Below, piece by piece: positions 39,941-52,443 of a stretch of DNA of 64,000 nt. Origin of the DNA: Octopus sinensis (lineage: Eukaryota); NCBI RefSeq assembly GCF_006345805.1, contig NC_042998.1:125736001-125800000 (forward strand). Direction: 5' to 3'. The notes beneath the pieces were generated by a model, which did not search any database, was not told the DNA's origin, and was given only the letters and a program-made list of their open reading frames with translations. The translations under genes and the position numbers were made by a program. Every line of letters starts with the position of its first letter. Position 1 is the first letter of the stretch.

Positions 39941-40574
39941 ATAAAAGAAAGTTCTGTTTCAGTCTATCATGCCAATCTACTTTTCTCAAGAAAATGGGGT
40001 TTTTTTTTTTGAAAATGGAATCAAGAAATCGTTCTCATTGTTGTTGATTATTTTTTCATTTTATTTTAATGCCACATTGGAATTGAAACACTACATGTGA
40101 TTGTTTTATATGTAGACATCCATCCATACACATACATGTGCTTATATATGTATGTACGTATTTAGACATATGCACAAATGCACAAACAATAATATATGTT
40201 CACATATGTAAATATAGTTGGTCATAGATATAAATGCATGTGTGCATATATCTGAATGTATGTTTATGTATGTTTGTGTCTATGTATACATGTATATGTG
40301 TGTGTGTATGTGTATTTAATTTTCATATGTATAAATGAATATAAAATAAAATTTACACACACATACACGCGCATATGCATATATAGATGCACATGCATAA
40401 AAAACACAAACACACACACACATACACACACATACATGCACACTCTCAAACACATACAAGAAGTTTGAAGTGTAGTAAATATGTGTGTGAACTGAAAATA
40501 TTTTGTTTTAACTCTGTAAAGCTGTTTCTCATTGTAGCAAGAAAGATATCATGTTTCTTAACCTATGCAATACT

Positions 40575-40578
40575 ATCA

Positions 40579-40613
<35 letters not shown>

Positions 40614-40648
40614 ATAATAATAATAATAATAAAATAATAATAATAATG

Positions 40649-40692
<44 letters not shown>

Positions 40693-40905
40693 CCTTTCTA
40701 CTGTAGCACAGGGCCTGAAATTTGGGGGAGGGGGATAGTCAATTATACCAGCCCCAGTACTCAACTGGTACTTAATTTATCGAACCCGAAAGGATGAAAA
40801 GCAAAGTCAACCTAGGCAGAATTTTAGCTCACAACACGGTGACAGGCAAAATACCATTAAGCATTTCACTTGGCATGCTAACAATTCTGCCAGTTCACCC
40901 CCTTA
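40575..40905 (-). mobile_element. (CTA)n(AAT)n microsatellite followed by a SINE family 1 copy (40692-40905)
   Basis: Direct inspection. Confidence 0.82.
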
Positions 40906-40924
40906 AATGATAATAATCATAATA

Positions 40925-41245
40925 GTAATTTGTTTGATGTTGACATAATGGAAAAAATGGAGAAACACAGACTAGTAAAAGACAAAATTGCAAGAATGGG
41001 AGCAATGGGGAGAGTAACTGTTATCCTAGTAGTTGTAGAGGCACTCAGAGCATTAACAATGAGGTTCAAGAAATTATCATCATCATTTTATGACTGTTTT
41101 CCATGCTGGCATATGTTGGACGGTTTCATTGAGGTCCGAAAAATTGGAATTGACATGAGGGTAGAGCAGGCCCAAAAAACCGCTCTATTTGGGGACAGCT
41201 AGGATTTTGAGATTGGTGCTTGGGTGTTGAGTGTCTTCCACTGTA
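40925..41245 (+). mobile_element. R4/Dong-like 3' fragment split by a short (GAT)n-retroposon remnant
   Basis: EKMEKHRLVKDKIARM...VTVILVVVEALRAL, resuming KIGIDMRVEQAQKTAL.GTARILRLVL after an insert at about 41065-41118. Confidence 0.7.
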
Positions 41246-41391
41246 AGTTAACATCCACGTACCAAAGCTTATAATTTGTAGGAAGAGACACTGTGAGACC
41301 CCTGAGAACAAGTTGCTGTCCACTCTCACAGAATCAATTAGAGCAAGTAAGACCAAGAGCTCTGAAAAGTAAAATAATAATAATAATAATA

Positions 41392-41578
41392 ATCCTTTCT
41401 ACTGAAGGCACAAGGCCTTAAATTTGGGGGATGCTTAACTGGTACTTAATTTATCGACCCTGAAAGGATGAAAGACAAAGTTGACCTTGGCAGAATTTGA
41501 ACTTAGAGTGTAGTGACAGGTAAAATACTGCTAAGCATTTCATCCAGCATGCTAACACTTCTGCCAGCTCACTGCCTT
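41392..41578 (-). mobile_element. SINE family 1
   Basis: Reverse copy between (AAT)n tracts. Confidence 0.82.
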
Positions 41579-41604
41579 AATAATAATAATAATGATAATA
41601 ATCA

Positions 41605-41851
41605 TCATCATCATCATCATCGTTTAGCGTCCGTTTTCCATGCTAGCATGGGTTGGACGGGTCAACTGGGGTCTGTGAAGCTGGAAGGCTTCGTCAGGCC
41701 CAGTCAGATCTGGCAGTGTTTCTACGGCTGGATGCCCTTCCTAACGCCAACCACTCCGCGAGTGTAGTGGGTGTTTTTTACGTGCCACCTGCACAGGTGC
41801 CAGACAGAGCTGGTGAACGGCCACGAACGGATGGTGCTTTTACGTGTCACC

Positions 41852-41852
<1 letters not shown>
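41605..41852 (-). mobile_element. (GAT)n-tailed short retroposon, young copy
   Basis: CpG-retaining homologue of 25105-25341. Confidence 0.82.
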
Positions 41853-41887
<35 letters not shown>

Positions 41888-41901
41888 TAATAATAATAAT
41901 A

Positions 41902-42451
41902 AATGCCCTGATGTAGTACCATACAGTGGCTTTCGTGACTTCTGATCTTAACTGATTGGAAGTGTTATCATGTACATTGTTTTATCTTGGTATAAAAGAT
42001 AGGCTACAGCAAATATTCAGCTCAATACCACAGATTTGCTTGTCAGTTGTTTGACCTTAACCAGTTGACCATGTCCCTTAGTGGCTGACAATATGTGCAT
42101 CTCTGATCATGAGTAGAAGTAGTGGAGGAGCATTATAGCCATGTGTTGAAAGGGATTCTTAGAGGTTTGGATAATTCACCTTTGGAAACATGGGTGGTTT
42201 GTTCAACATCCTTAAACAATCCTTATTCAGGGACCTTTTGAGCAGGATGGGCTACTCAACCAGAAGAAAATTCTAACTGGGCCCCACCTGCAAGGTCATG
42301 TACTGTTTATCTTGATATGAGATCACCATGTCGTGCACATATGGTTGTGATGCCTGGTGTATCCTTATCAGATGAGTAGTCATGATGGGTATACTGGCTT
42401 CATATATTTTACCCCAGTGGCACTTTGATGGCATGCACTGCTCTCTCACTC
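41902..42451 (+). mobile_element. About 550-bp non-coding element inserted in (AAT)n (orientation arbitrary)
   Basis: Flanked by (AAT)n on both sides. Reverse complement of 46828-47383 over its full length. Confidence 0.85.
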
Positions 42452-42479
42452 AATAATAATAATAATATTAATATTAATA

Positions 42480-42720
42480 CACCAACAGTAACCAGTAATC
42501 TGTTTACAAATAATACGAAGAACTGACATTTACTGACCGGCTGCTCATTTGAAAAGTAATATTGTCATACCAGAACAGAAAGAGTGTTGTAAGAGGATGT
42601 AAGGCTATAAAAAGCAACTATTTGTTAACAGAGCTGTTATTGAAGACTGCAGTAAGCAAAAATTTAAAACCTAAGCTTACGTAAATTGAATACTGAAAAG
42701 CGTTTGACAGCAAAACATTG
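42480..42720 (+). mobile_element. Degraded R4/Dong-like RT fragment
   Basis: PEQK..C...GYKKQLFVNRAVIEDC...KAFDS recognisable across frameshifts. Confidence 0.6.
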
Positions 42721-43468
42721 GAAAGACTATATATAATCTCCAATTAGGCTTCTATAAACAAAAAAAAAGAAAGAAAGCAAACAAGAACTTGATGACACCA
42801 TGAAAAATCTAACCAATGAAACTCAACAAGTACAATTGAATTTCTTTGATCAATGTCAGCAAAAATACAGGTGAATCAAAAGTTGTTGATTGAAAATCAG
42901 TTAATCTTTGATTTAGCTGTTAACTTATAAAACTGGATAGTCTCAGAAAGGCAACAGATTTGAACAGAGGATGGACAAAGTTGTATTAATTATTGTGCCA
43001 ACAACCTAACTGCTACTCACTTAAAAATCAACCATAGTAGGAGACACTCATATTCTCTCAATGGCCCTCCTCTCCTTTTCTCTCTCTCATCTACTCACAA
43101 CCATACAAGCTGTCCAATGAAATCAGTAAGAGAAGCACAACACCCTCTATTTTCCCTAGACCCTTGTCTCATGCTCACCAATCAGGTCACAGTATTTATC
43201 TCATTTTTCTGACATTATTCTATTAGTTTCTTTTTTTGGAGCCATCATGCTCCATTTCAAACTTTTAACAATGAAACAAATGATAAATTGAAAATATTAG
43301 ACTTCTCTTTTTTTCTTTGGATTCTTTCATTATGGTTAAATTAAGCATATTGTTAAAAGAGTATATTTATGCTTCGTCAAAAATGGAAAATTCAAGAACA
43401 TTGTATGATAAAGAGAATATGGTAAAAATAAAAAACTCTCATATTCCTATAAGAAGAATTTTCAAGGT

Positions 43469-43471
<3 letters not shown>

Positions 43472-43543
<72 letters not shown>
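43472..43543. repeat. (TA)n microsatellite
   Basis: Perfect dinucleotide run upstream of window exon 8. Confidence 0.95.
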
Positions 43544-43546
<3 letters not shown>

Positions 43547-43631
43547 AATGTGTGTGTGTTTATGTATATGTATAATTTCTATTGTAGAAATATGATGAAA
43601 TACTTTGTAAAAAATATATTTGTCTTCGCAG

Positions 43632-43736
43632 TGCAGTGAAAAAGTCGTTGTTGCTGTGGTAAAAGAATACACAAGTGTTGAATGGCTGTTTCCTGATAAT
43701 ACCACAAATTTTGACAAGTTGGTTTTAGAATGTAGG
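43632..43736 (+). CDS. CFAP206: CFAP206 coding exon (window exon 8)
   Basis: cttcgcag|TGC acceptor and AGG|gtaagc donor. Encodes CSEKVVVAVVKEYTSVEWLFPDNTTNFDKLVLECR (EWLFP.TT.NFDKL motif). Confidence 0.92.
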
Positions 43737-45025
43737 GTAAGCTTATTAACCATTATTTCCCTAGATAAGATTTTGTAAGATTTGTAGTTAGATCTATTAA
43801 GTTATTTAATCTTGGCCAATAGTAATACTTATGTAAAATGTATTCTTGCTATGACCAATACATCCTTTTTTCAGACAGTATATTTAAAATCAAATTTTCA
43901 AATGGATCTTAAATTTTTTTAAGAGGAGTAGCATAGGATTTGAGGAAAATTTAGCTGCTATTTCTAGCTGATGGTTCCTCGTTAGCTCATGTAATTCAGA
44001 GAGTTAAAATGGATAAGAAAGTAAACTGGCAGTACTGTAAAATCCTACCAGAGTTGTCCTGGCAATTCAACACCACATGGACCTTTTGGGGTAGATAAGA
44101 AACTGTGAAGAGTTCAAGTCTGCCACAAGTGTTTTATCATGTTACCAGACAAGATACTTAACACTATATGCATCAATTCCTTCATTTGTTAGGAATACAA
44201 ACTAGATATTCTGAGAATGCTTTTTTTTTAGGCTCTATTTCTACCTAGAGAAGAAAACATCTAATCGCTTTTATGTATCATTTGTTAGAAAGTTCTGAAG
44301 TCTCTTTAGCATAAGAATCAGCAAATGCCATGTAAACTTAATCTGCTGTCTAGTTTGATATCATCACCTGGTCCTTGGCTGCCTTTAACTGAATCCACTT
44401 TGTTGTAAACATTCAGAACAGGTCTCTGATTTGAGGATACTTTCCTCCTTCCCCCTCTCCCTTCCACCAGTCTTAAAGACCCTAAAAAGTATTATGGGCT
44501 CTGGCCATACTCCTGATTAAGCAATAAGAAAAATTGTTCACCCCAGTTTAGATGTGGTTGTGTGGACAAAATATTGGATTGCCAATGCATGACTTTTGAG
44601 TATGAATACATGTTACACCAAACACTAAATTTTACATAAGTCATTTTCAAGAAAGGTCATCAAATCTCAAAATGTGAATGTTTCTAGTTCCTCTTTGTAC
44701 CTGTCCCCAAGGAAACCTTTCCCAAATGCTTCTTAAGAAAACGTATTGTTGCAAACATATTGTGGAAATTGCTTGTGTTATTCCATTCTAAGGTGGTTGA
44801 CTCTGTGATACATAAGTTTTTTTATCACTATCAAACATCTGGTTCTAATAGCAGCAAACTCTTAAGCATTTCTGTTGCCATGAGGATCCGAAAGCTTACT
44901 AAACTTCCCTTGGTCTTTCTTTATCACTGGGTACCTTTCACTTCCAACACATACAAGACTACACAAATTGTATTTATTCCTCTTGAATAAATCTGTCAAT
45001 GAATTCTCTCCTGTATTTTTTGTAG

Positions 45026-45168
45026 GGTTTCTGTCCTGTGACACTATGCAAATATGAAGGTCTGTTATTGCGTGGTAACCGTGATATTGGAATTGCAAAG
45101 TACCAAAACTATTATTATGCTTTTGCTTCAAAAGAGGATGCCTATGCATTTGCCGAAGAAGCAGACAA
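45026..45168 (+). CDS. CFAP206: CFAP206 coding exon (window exon 9)
   Basis: tttgtag|GGT acceptor and CAA|gtaagt donor. Encodes GFCPVTLCKYEGLLLRGNRDIGIAKYQNYYYAFASKEDAYAFAEEAD (GFC...GLLL.GN..IG motif). Phase 0 to 2. Confidence 0.95.
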
Positions 45169-45639
45169 GTAAGTAAAATACTCTTAATTTTATACATTTT
45201 GCCATACAGCATATGATGTAATCTGTTAAGTATAGAAATAGCTGAATGGATGAGGTTTTGGAGATTTACTCATGAGTACATAGTCACTGCTGGCATTTGT
45301 GTGTGTGCATGTGTGTGTTAGCAAGAATATTCTATGTTGCTTCTTACTGCCAGATCATTTCAGAATGTTGGCTAATTTAGATGCACATATTATCCGGTGA
45401 GTATATTTGTCTTCACCTTAGCATCATGAAACCAAGACTAAGCACCAGTTTTTAAAGGCTTCTTTGGTTTTCAGAGATATTTAATCTCTCTTTCTTGTCT
45501 TCTATTATAATTTCATTCACATCTAAGATGCTTTATAGGAACATTAATTCAACCCAAGTACTTGACGAGTTTTTTTATTTTATTGACTTTGTAAAGATGA
45601 AATGCAAAGTTTACTTCAACTGACTTTGAACTCAAAATA

Positions 45640-45975
45640 TAGTTACAGTGACACAAGTGAGGCACTTGTGCTGGTGGTGTGTAAAGGCACCTGTGCCAGT
45701 AACATGTAAGAGGCACCTGTGCTGGTGACACATAAAAGGCACTCGTGCTGGTGACATGCAAAAGGCACCAATGCTGGTGATACACAAAAGGCACCCTGCC
45801 AGTTACACATAAAAGACACCCAATGTACACTATGGAGTTAGGAAGGGCATCCAACTGTAGAAACCAAGCCAAAACAGATTGGAACATGGTGCAGCTCTCC
45901 AGTTTACCAGTTCCAGTCAAATTGTCTAACTCATGCCAGCATGGAAAACATATGGTAAATGATGATGATGGTGAT
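45640..45975 (+). mobile_element. (GAT)n-tailed retroposon with an internal ~25-bp tandem array
   Basis: About seven units of aaggcac..gtgctggtgacac.ta, followed by ggaagggcatccaactgtagaaacc...gatgatgatg. Confidence 0.75.
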
Positions 45976-46002
45976 GGTAGTGGTGGTGGTGATAGTGGTG
46001 GT

Positions 46003-46782
46003 TATTATTTTAGTTTGTCTCATGTTTGGTCTTATTCCAAGTAGGAATTATATGGATAGCAGGTTATTACTTGTAACCTTAGGTATCTTCAAGTTTTCAG
46101 CAGTCTTTCAAGTGCTTAGAAACCTCCTGTTAATCCTTGCTGCCCCTAAGAGACAGACTTTCTGTAGCTCTACCAAGGTATTCTATTTCAATCCCCCTCA
46201 CCCCTTAGTCTATATCTTGGCTTACTATTCCCAGCGCACCAATTATTATAGGCATGACCTTTTCTGTTCATATGCTCCAAATGTTTTCTTTTTCAAATTT
46301 TAAGGTATTTTTTTTTTTTCCTCTTTCTTTACAATCCTAGAATCAAACAGGCATGATGTGTTGATAAGTAAGCAACTTTGCTTTCCCTTATCTATAATTG
46401 TTATGTCTAGTCTATTATTTTCTAATTTTTTGTTCGTTTGAATTGGAAAGTTCCACCAAACCATACATTTCTCCAACCCCAGTACTCTTTCAACTCAATG
46501 ATTGTACCATGTGTTTCCAGCTTCAAATCCTCATTTCTGACACACTTTTATAACCTGGTCGTGCCTCCATTTCTTATATTCTTTCTGTGACAACTTGGGG
46601 CATTCTGTCACATGTGCACTACTATCTTGTTCCAAATCTCACAAGCTCTACATTTTCCTGGCACATTCTCTCCATATATATTTTTTCTCAACTTGTTTGT
46701 TTTTATTGCTTGATTTTGGGTTGCTACAATTAGGCTCTCTGTTTCTTTTTCTAATTGCCCCTGTTTTAACCAAGCCCAGGAT

Positions 46783-46785
<3 letters not shown>
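46003..46785 (-). mobile_element. R4/Dong-like lineage C fragment, inverted
   Basis: The 3' end is the reverse complement of 18180-18345 (ctcttagggacaacaagg...aagcacttgaaagactg). Upstream it has ECPK...RHD motifs. Bounded by (TTA)n. Confidence 0.82.
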
Positions 46786-46827
<42 letters not shown>

Positions 46828-47380
46828 GAGTGAGAGAGCAGTCATGCCATCAAAGTGACACTGGGGTAAAATATACGAAGCCCAATATACCCATCATGAC
46901 TACCCGTCTGATAAAGGTACACCAGGCACATGCATCACAACCATATGTGCGCGACATGGTGATCTCATATCAAGATAAACAGCACATGACCTTGCAGGTG
47001 GGGCCCAGTTAGAATTTTCTTCAGGTTGAGTAGCCCATCCCGCTCAAACGGTCCCTGAATAAGGGTTGTTTAAGGATTTTGAAAGAACCACCCATGTTTC
47101 CAGAGGTGAACTATTCAAACCCCAAAGAATTCCTCTCAACACATGGCTATGATGCTCCCCCACTACTTCTGCTCGTGATCAGAGATGCACATATCGTCAG
47201 CCACTAAGGGACATGCTCAACTGGTTACGGTCAAACAACTGACAAGCAAATCTGTGGTATTGAGCAGAATATTTGCTGTAGCCCATCTTTTATACCAAGA
47301 CAAAACAATGTACATGATAACACTTCCAATCAGTTAAGATCAGAAGCCATGAGAGCCACTGCCTGGTACTGCACCAGGGC

Positions 47381-47383
<3 letters not shown>
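46828..47383 (-). mobile_element. About 550-bp non-coding element inserted in (TTA)n
   Basis: Inverted homologue of 41902-42451. Confidence 0.85.
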
Positions 47384-47449
<66 letters not shown>

Positions 47450-47464
47450 CATCATTATTATTAT

Positions 47465-49355
47465 TGTTCAGTCATCTTATTTTTATCACATGCTTTCACT
47501 GCACTTCCGATCACAGCTCTACATACCTTGGGTATGTGCTGTGGTTTGTTGTGGTGCTCTTATTTTCACTGTATTGAAATTGTTTTATGTAAAATCTGCA
47601 TGGTGCCTAGTGCTGCTATTTTATGTATGTCGTATACATTCATAAGTCCTGGTGTTTTGGTTATGTATTTGTCTGAATGTTTTTAAATCATACCTAATGC
47701 ACCTATTAGTATAGGGACTGTCTCTGTTTTTAGGCTCCACATTCAGGTTATCTCTATTTCCAGATCTTTGTATTTTGAGAGTGTCTCTGTTTCTTTTAGA
47801 GACACATTGTCATCTGTTGTTATTGATACATTCATGAGAAGGCATTTTTTATTATTTTTGGTGATCTCTGACAACTATATCTGGTCTATTAGCCTTGATT
47901 TCTCTATCTGTATGTATTGGCATATCCCAGAGTATTGTTGCTTTGTCATTTTCTGAGATCTTTTCTGGGTTGTGCCTATACCATATTTTTTTCTGTTGTC
48001 ACTCCATAGTGTCGGCATAGCTTCCAGTGTATATAGGTTCCAACTCTGTGATGTCTGTGGATATATTCCTTTTTTTGCCAGGACTGGGCAGCCAGAGACA
48101 ATTTGCTTTATTGTTTCTTCCCCATCACTACATATCCAGCAGTTACTTGTATTTTTCTTCATTATGTGTTTCTTGTGATTTCTGGTGAGAAGGCTTTGAT
48201 CTTGTGCTGCAATTAAAAATCCTCCGGTCTCTGCTTTGAGTCCAAAGGGATTTTACTTTGTATATTGCTTTCCTGTTTAGCTTATCCCAATATTCCCCAT
48301 GTAAGAACTTTTCTTGCCATCATCATATCATGATACTTTGTTGTTCCGGTTTTAGTTTGGATTTCAGTTTTTTTTACAACGTTTGTTGTTTCCTCTTTTT
48401 CTTCATAGTTGTCAGGTACTGTGACTTCTTTCTTGTATTTTTCAGCTTCCTTGAAGACAGAAAACAGCTTTTTGTTTTGCTCATGCTTTGTAGCTATTTG
48501 TACCAGTTTTCCTTGCTTTTGAATTAAATATTTCTGTAATCCTATGGTGGTTATTTTATAATAGTTTTTTAGTTGTATATGGTCTCTACCACCTTCAATT
48601 CATCGTATATAACCTTTCTATGTCAGATTTTGAGTGGTGCATCCTAAATTCTTTCTATTATTATATTTCTTGTTTTCCTGTTTAGTTTCATTAGTTCATT
48701 TAGAATCCAATTAAGAATATTGTAGCTGTAACTTATAACTGGGCCAGCTAAAATATTGATACCTATTATTTGAGCTCTGTTTTAAATATTAATCTAACTC
48801 ATCTTTAGTATTCCTTTATGTCCTATTTCATTTGTGTATGGTGTACTGTATTTAGTTCATTGATTCCTAAGTATTTCTATGTTTGGCTTCTGTCTAGTCT
48901 GATATTGTTACTCTTAACTAGTTTTCTTCTTTTCAAGGTTTCTTTGGCACATTTTTCTAAGCTGAGTTTCATGTTTATTTCTTTGGTAAATCCATGCACT
49001 ATCTGTAGTAATGTTTCCGGCTGTTTGTCATTTGCAGCATGCAGTTTTAGATAATCCACATACAAGAGATGGTTGATTGTTTCACCGTAGCAGTTGTATC
49101 CATAGTCAATTTTGTTTACCATGTTTGTTAAAGGCATCAGTGCCAAGCAGAAAAGGAGTAGCTACAGTGTGTCTCCCTGGAATATTCCTCTTCTAAAGGG
49201 GATGGCTTTAGTTTTTATGAGTCCCTCTTTTGTCTGGAGCTGCAGCACTGTTTGCCATGTATGCATGGAATGTTTTATATATTTTATGATTATTGGTGCT
49301 ACCATGTTCATGGCTAGTGTTTCTAGAATCCACATGTAGGGAATACTGTCAAAAG
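47465..49355 (-). mobile_element. R4/Dong-like lineage A copy, inverted and frameshifted
   Basis: Colinear reverse homologue of about 19945-21904, including the 3'UTR (gagcaccacaacaaaccacagcacatacccaagg). ORF pieces include ETINHLLYVDYLKLH and CWICSDGEETIK. Confidence 0.92.
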
Positions 49356-49384
49356 CCTTTCAATAATTGATTATTATTATCATT

Positions 49385-50040
49385 ACTATCATTATATGAA
49401 AACTCACAGCTTATTTTGCTGGGTATGATGGAAAGTGTCAGCTGTCCACAGCCAGCAAACTAAGGTGACACTAGTTTATTGGTCTTGCTTCAAGAACCCT
49501 GTGAAGAATTCTTGAAATTCCCCGCAATGCTGATTTTTGTAGGTGTTCTACCTTCACACTTGCACCGATCTTTTTCAGCCATGTTGGTAATTGAGTGCTG
49601 ATACTTCCAAGTGCACTAATTACTATTGGTATTTCATCTACTTCCTTCATTGGCCACAAACTTTGTATTTTCAACTTTAAATCATCGTAGTTGTTTATTT
49701 TTTCTTCTCCTTTCACATTGATCCTGTTGTCACCAGGGCATGCTATGTTGATTATCATACATGTTCTTTCTATTCACCACAAAAATGTCTAGTTTCCAAT
49801 GTCTGGTTGGGTGATGTCACTGGATCATTGCATCCCACAGGATTTTGCAGTTCTCATTTTTGGCGACTCCTTCTGGAGTTTGTTCATACCACATCGTTGC
49901 TCTTTGTAGGCCATGATTTCCACAAAGCTCCCCGTCAATTTTGAGTGCAACACCAATCTTAGTCATTGGAAATACTCCATCTTCAGTTGCTCTTTCATTT
50001 CGCTTTCCATTAACTTGTTGAACTCTAGTACACAAAGGTA
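49385..50040 (-). mobile_element. R4/Dong-like lineage B fragment, inverted
   Basis: ORF 49471..49758 (INIACPGDNRINVKGEEKINNYDDLK...QKSALRG) and the 3'UTR match 17300-17840. Confidence 0.9.
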
Positions 50041-50239
50041 TTTGTATCCTTCCATTTTAATTTGCTTAATCAAGTCTCTAGTCGGTAATTCTATCCCTAC
50101 TAGGGACTATACCTTGCCTCCATTTAGGTAGATTATTCTGCACTTTTTGAGTCCAAATTCTATTCTAAATTATTATTATTATTATTATTATTATCATTAT
50201 TATTATTAATATTATTATTATTATTATTATTATTTTACT

Positions 50240-51300
50240 TTTAATCTGCATGTTTGTTACAATAACTTGCTGAGACGCTCCCAGCATCCTAGGGCGAGTG
50301 AGGGATAAGAAATGTTACAATATGATTGAAAGCTTGGGGAAGTGGCAGGGGTAGTAGCGAGATATCTTCATGTAATACAACACAGACATTTAAATGGATA
50401 GGGTTTTTCTGAGGATGCGGGCAATATTTGTCAGTACAATCTTTTGGATTTCTCTGAGAAGTGGTTCTTCTGGGATCTTATCTAGATGTTTCTGATATCC
50501 CTTTTTTATCACACCCAGGGCACCTACAATGACAGGAACAGTTCTCACTTCAAGATGATACATCTTTTGTATTTCAATTTCCAGGTCCTTATATTTACTT
50601 AATTTGTCAAATTCCTTGACAGATATATTTTTATCAGTGGGAACACTTACATCTATTAGTCTACAAGTATTTTCTTCATTGTCTTTAATAATTATGTCTG
50701 GTCGATTAGCCTGGATCATTCTGTCAGTGTTGACTGGAAGATCTCTGAGGATAGTGACATTTTTACCTTCAACGGCTGGCTCAGGTTGATGTTCATACTA
50801 GTAAGCAGGTATGCTGATTTTGTACTGTTTACATATTTTCCAATGTAAATACTGTCCTACCCTATCATGACGATTTCTCTATTTCTTTGGTGTTAGCACA
50901 GGACATCCGGAGACGAGATGGTTTATTGTCTCATCAAATATATTGCAGCATCTTCATTTAGGGTCAGAACTGTTTTGAAGAATGTTAGCCTGGTAGTTTT
51001 TGGTAACCAAGCTTTGATCTTGTGCCACCAATGTGAAACCTTCAGTCTCTGCTTTCAATTCTAAACTTCTCAGTCACTGATGGGTTGTTGCTTGATCTAT
51101 ATCAGCATTTCAACTTTGAAGTATATACTGTCTATGCAAAGGCTTCTGACTCCACCACTCCTCAATTTGTGTCTGCCCATTCTTTTTTGCACTCTACTTG
51201 ATCCATCTTGCTTGTTTTGTAGCTGTGGTTTCAGGTTCTTCATCTAATGCAGGGTTAATGCCAAGTTCTCTTGTGAATTTGAAAGCTTCCTTGACAATAG
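50240..51300 (-). mobile_element. R4/Dong-like lineage E fragment, inverted
   Basis: AETEGF.LVAQDQ, ETINHLVSGC and ORF 50390..50719 (ANRPDIIIKD...LIDVSVP...DKLSKYKDLEIE...IVGALG). (AAT)n tail on the minus strand. Confidence 0.9.
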
Positions 51301-51626
51301 AATGTGATTTTTTACTGCTTTCATGTCATTATTTTCATTTTTATTTTTATCGTTATTATCATTATTATTATTATTATAATTAATTTCATTATTATTATTG
51401 TTGTTGTTGTTGTTGTTATTAAATACCACAGACATTTTGTCTGATGCCCTTATTATTCTGTCAATCCACACATCATTGTTATATATTCTACATCTCTCCT
51501 GCTGACTATAGTTCATTCCATCCCTATTAGTGTTGGTGACTTACCTTCTTAACATTATTTTTATTTCATATACTCTGGAAAATTTCAATCAATAATATTA
51601 ACACCTTTCTTCTTGTTATCCAACAG

Positions 51627-51720
51627 ATATGTGACTTCTATCAGTGAAATTGCCAGAGTTAATCCTGAGTTAATACAATTGTTGGAATTGTATAACCAGT
51701 TTACTTCTATCACACCACAG
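51627..51720 (+). CDS. CFAP206: CFAP206 coding exon (window exon 10)
   Basis: caacag|A acceptor and CAG|gtttgc donor. Encodes (K)YVTSISEIARVNPELIQLLELYNQFTSITPQ (ELIQLLEL motif). Phase 2 to 0. Confidence 0.94.
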
Positions 51721-52443
51721 GTTTGCTTACATATTATTTCCCTATTGAGTATATGTTGTGTAAATATATTTAAGATATCTATTGTGTGTTGCTCAAATAT
51801 AAGCAAAATGTTTGATTTCGATGTAGTTTGTCTCTAGGTCAGACCTAAGATCCAGCAGATCTATCATCTAATGCATTTCAACCATAACTAACCCATTTCT
51901 TTGCATGTATATCAAGGACTACATTGTCAATGTATTCTTCTTTATATAAAATGGTGGATAATTTAAAGGAGATGTGGCTGCTATTTCTAGTATGTTGAGA
52001 AGCTGCGTCAAGAGTTTCTCATTGGCTATTGAGTGTTGAGTTTTTTTATTCGGTGGTGAGTGTATAATACTTGAGTTATTGTTATTGGTATGTGAGATGT
52101 GTTATAGCATCAGTCATCGACTATGTAAAAGTATGTATTGTGTGGTTTTAATGAGAAGTGATTGAATGAGTCAAGTATGTACTCTGTGAGTTAAGTGGCT
52201 GCCATGGTTATTTGGCCTTAAATGAGTCCTGATCATGTGGACCAATGATCAAAGATATTCCAGTATGATCATCATGCAATATTTAAAGTTGAAGTGTATT
52301 TAATTTTACATTATTTTGGATAAATTATCTTTGTGACAGTATGGTGTGATACAAAGGAAATGTGGCTGCCATTTTTAGCAGATCAAGTAACCACATAGAA
52401 GCTCCCTTGCTTGCTTGGACTCTGGGGGGTTATATAATATAGT

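Noticed and set aside
39567-39989. MMMAL-repeat and His-rich ORFs
   Set aside because: Translations of a 12-bp and trinucleotide repeat.
43728-43736. ECR instead of the usual (Q/E)YR before GFC, as a genomically fixed editing-like TAT>TGT change
   Set aside because: A single transition with no way to distinguish it from ordinary divergence without orthologue alignments.
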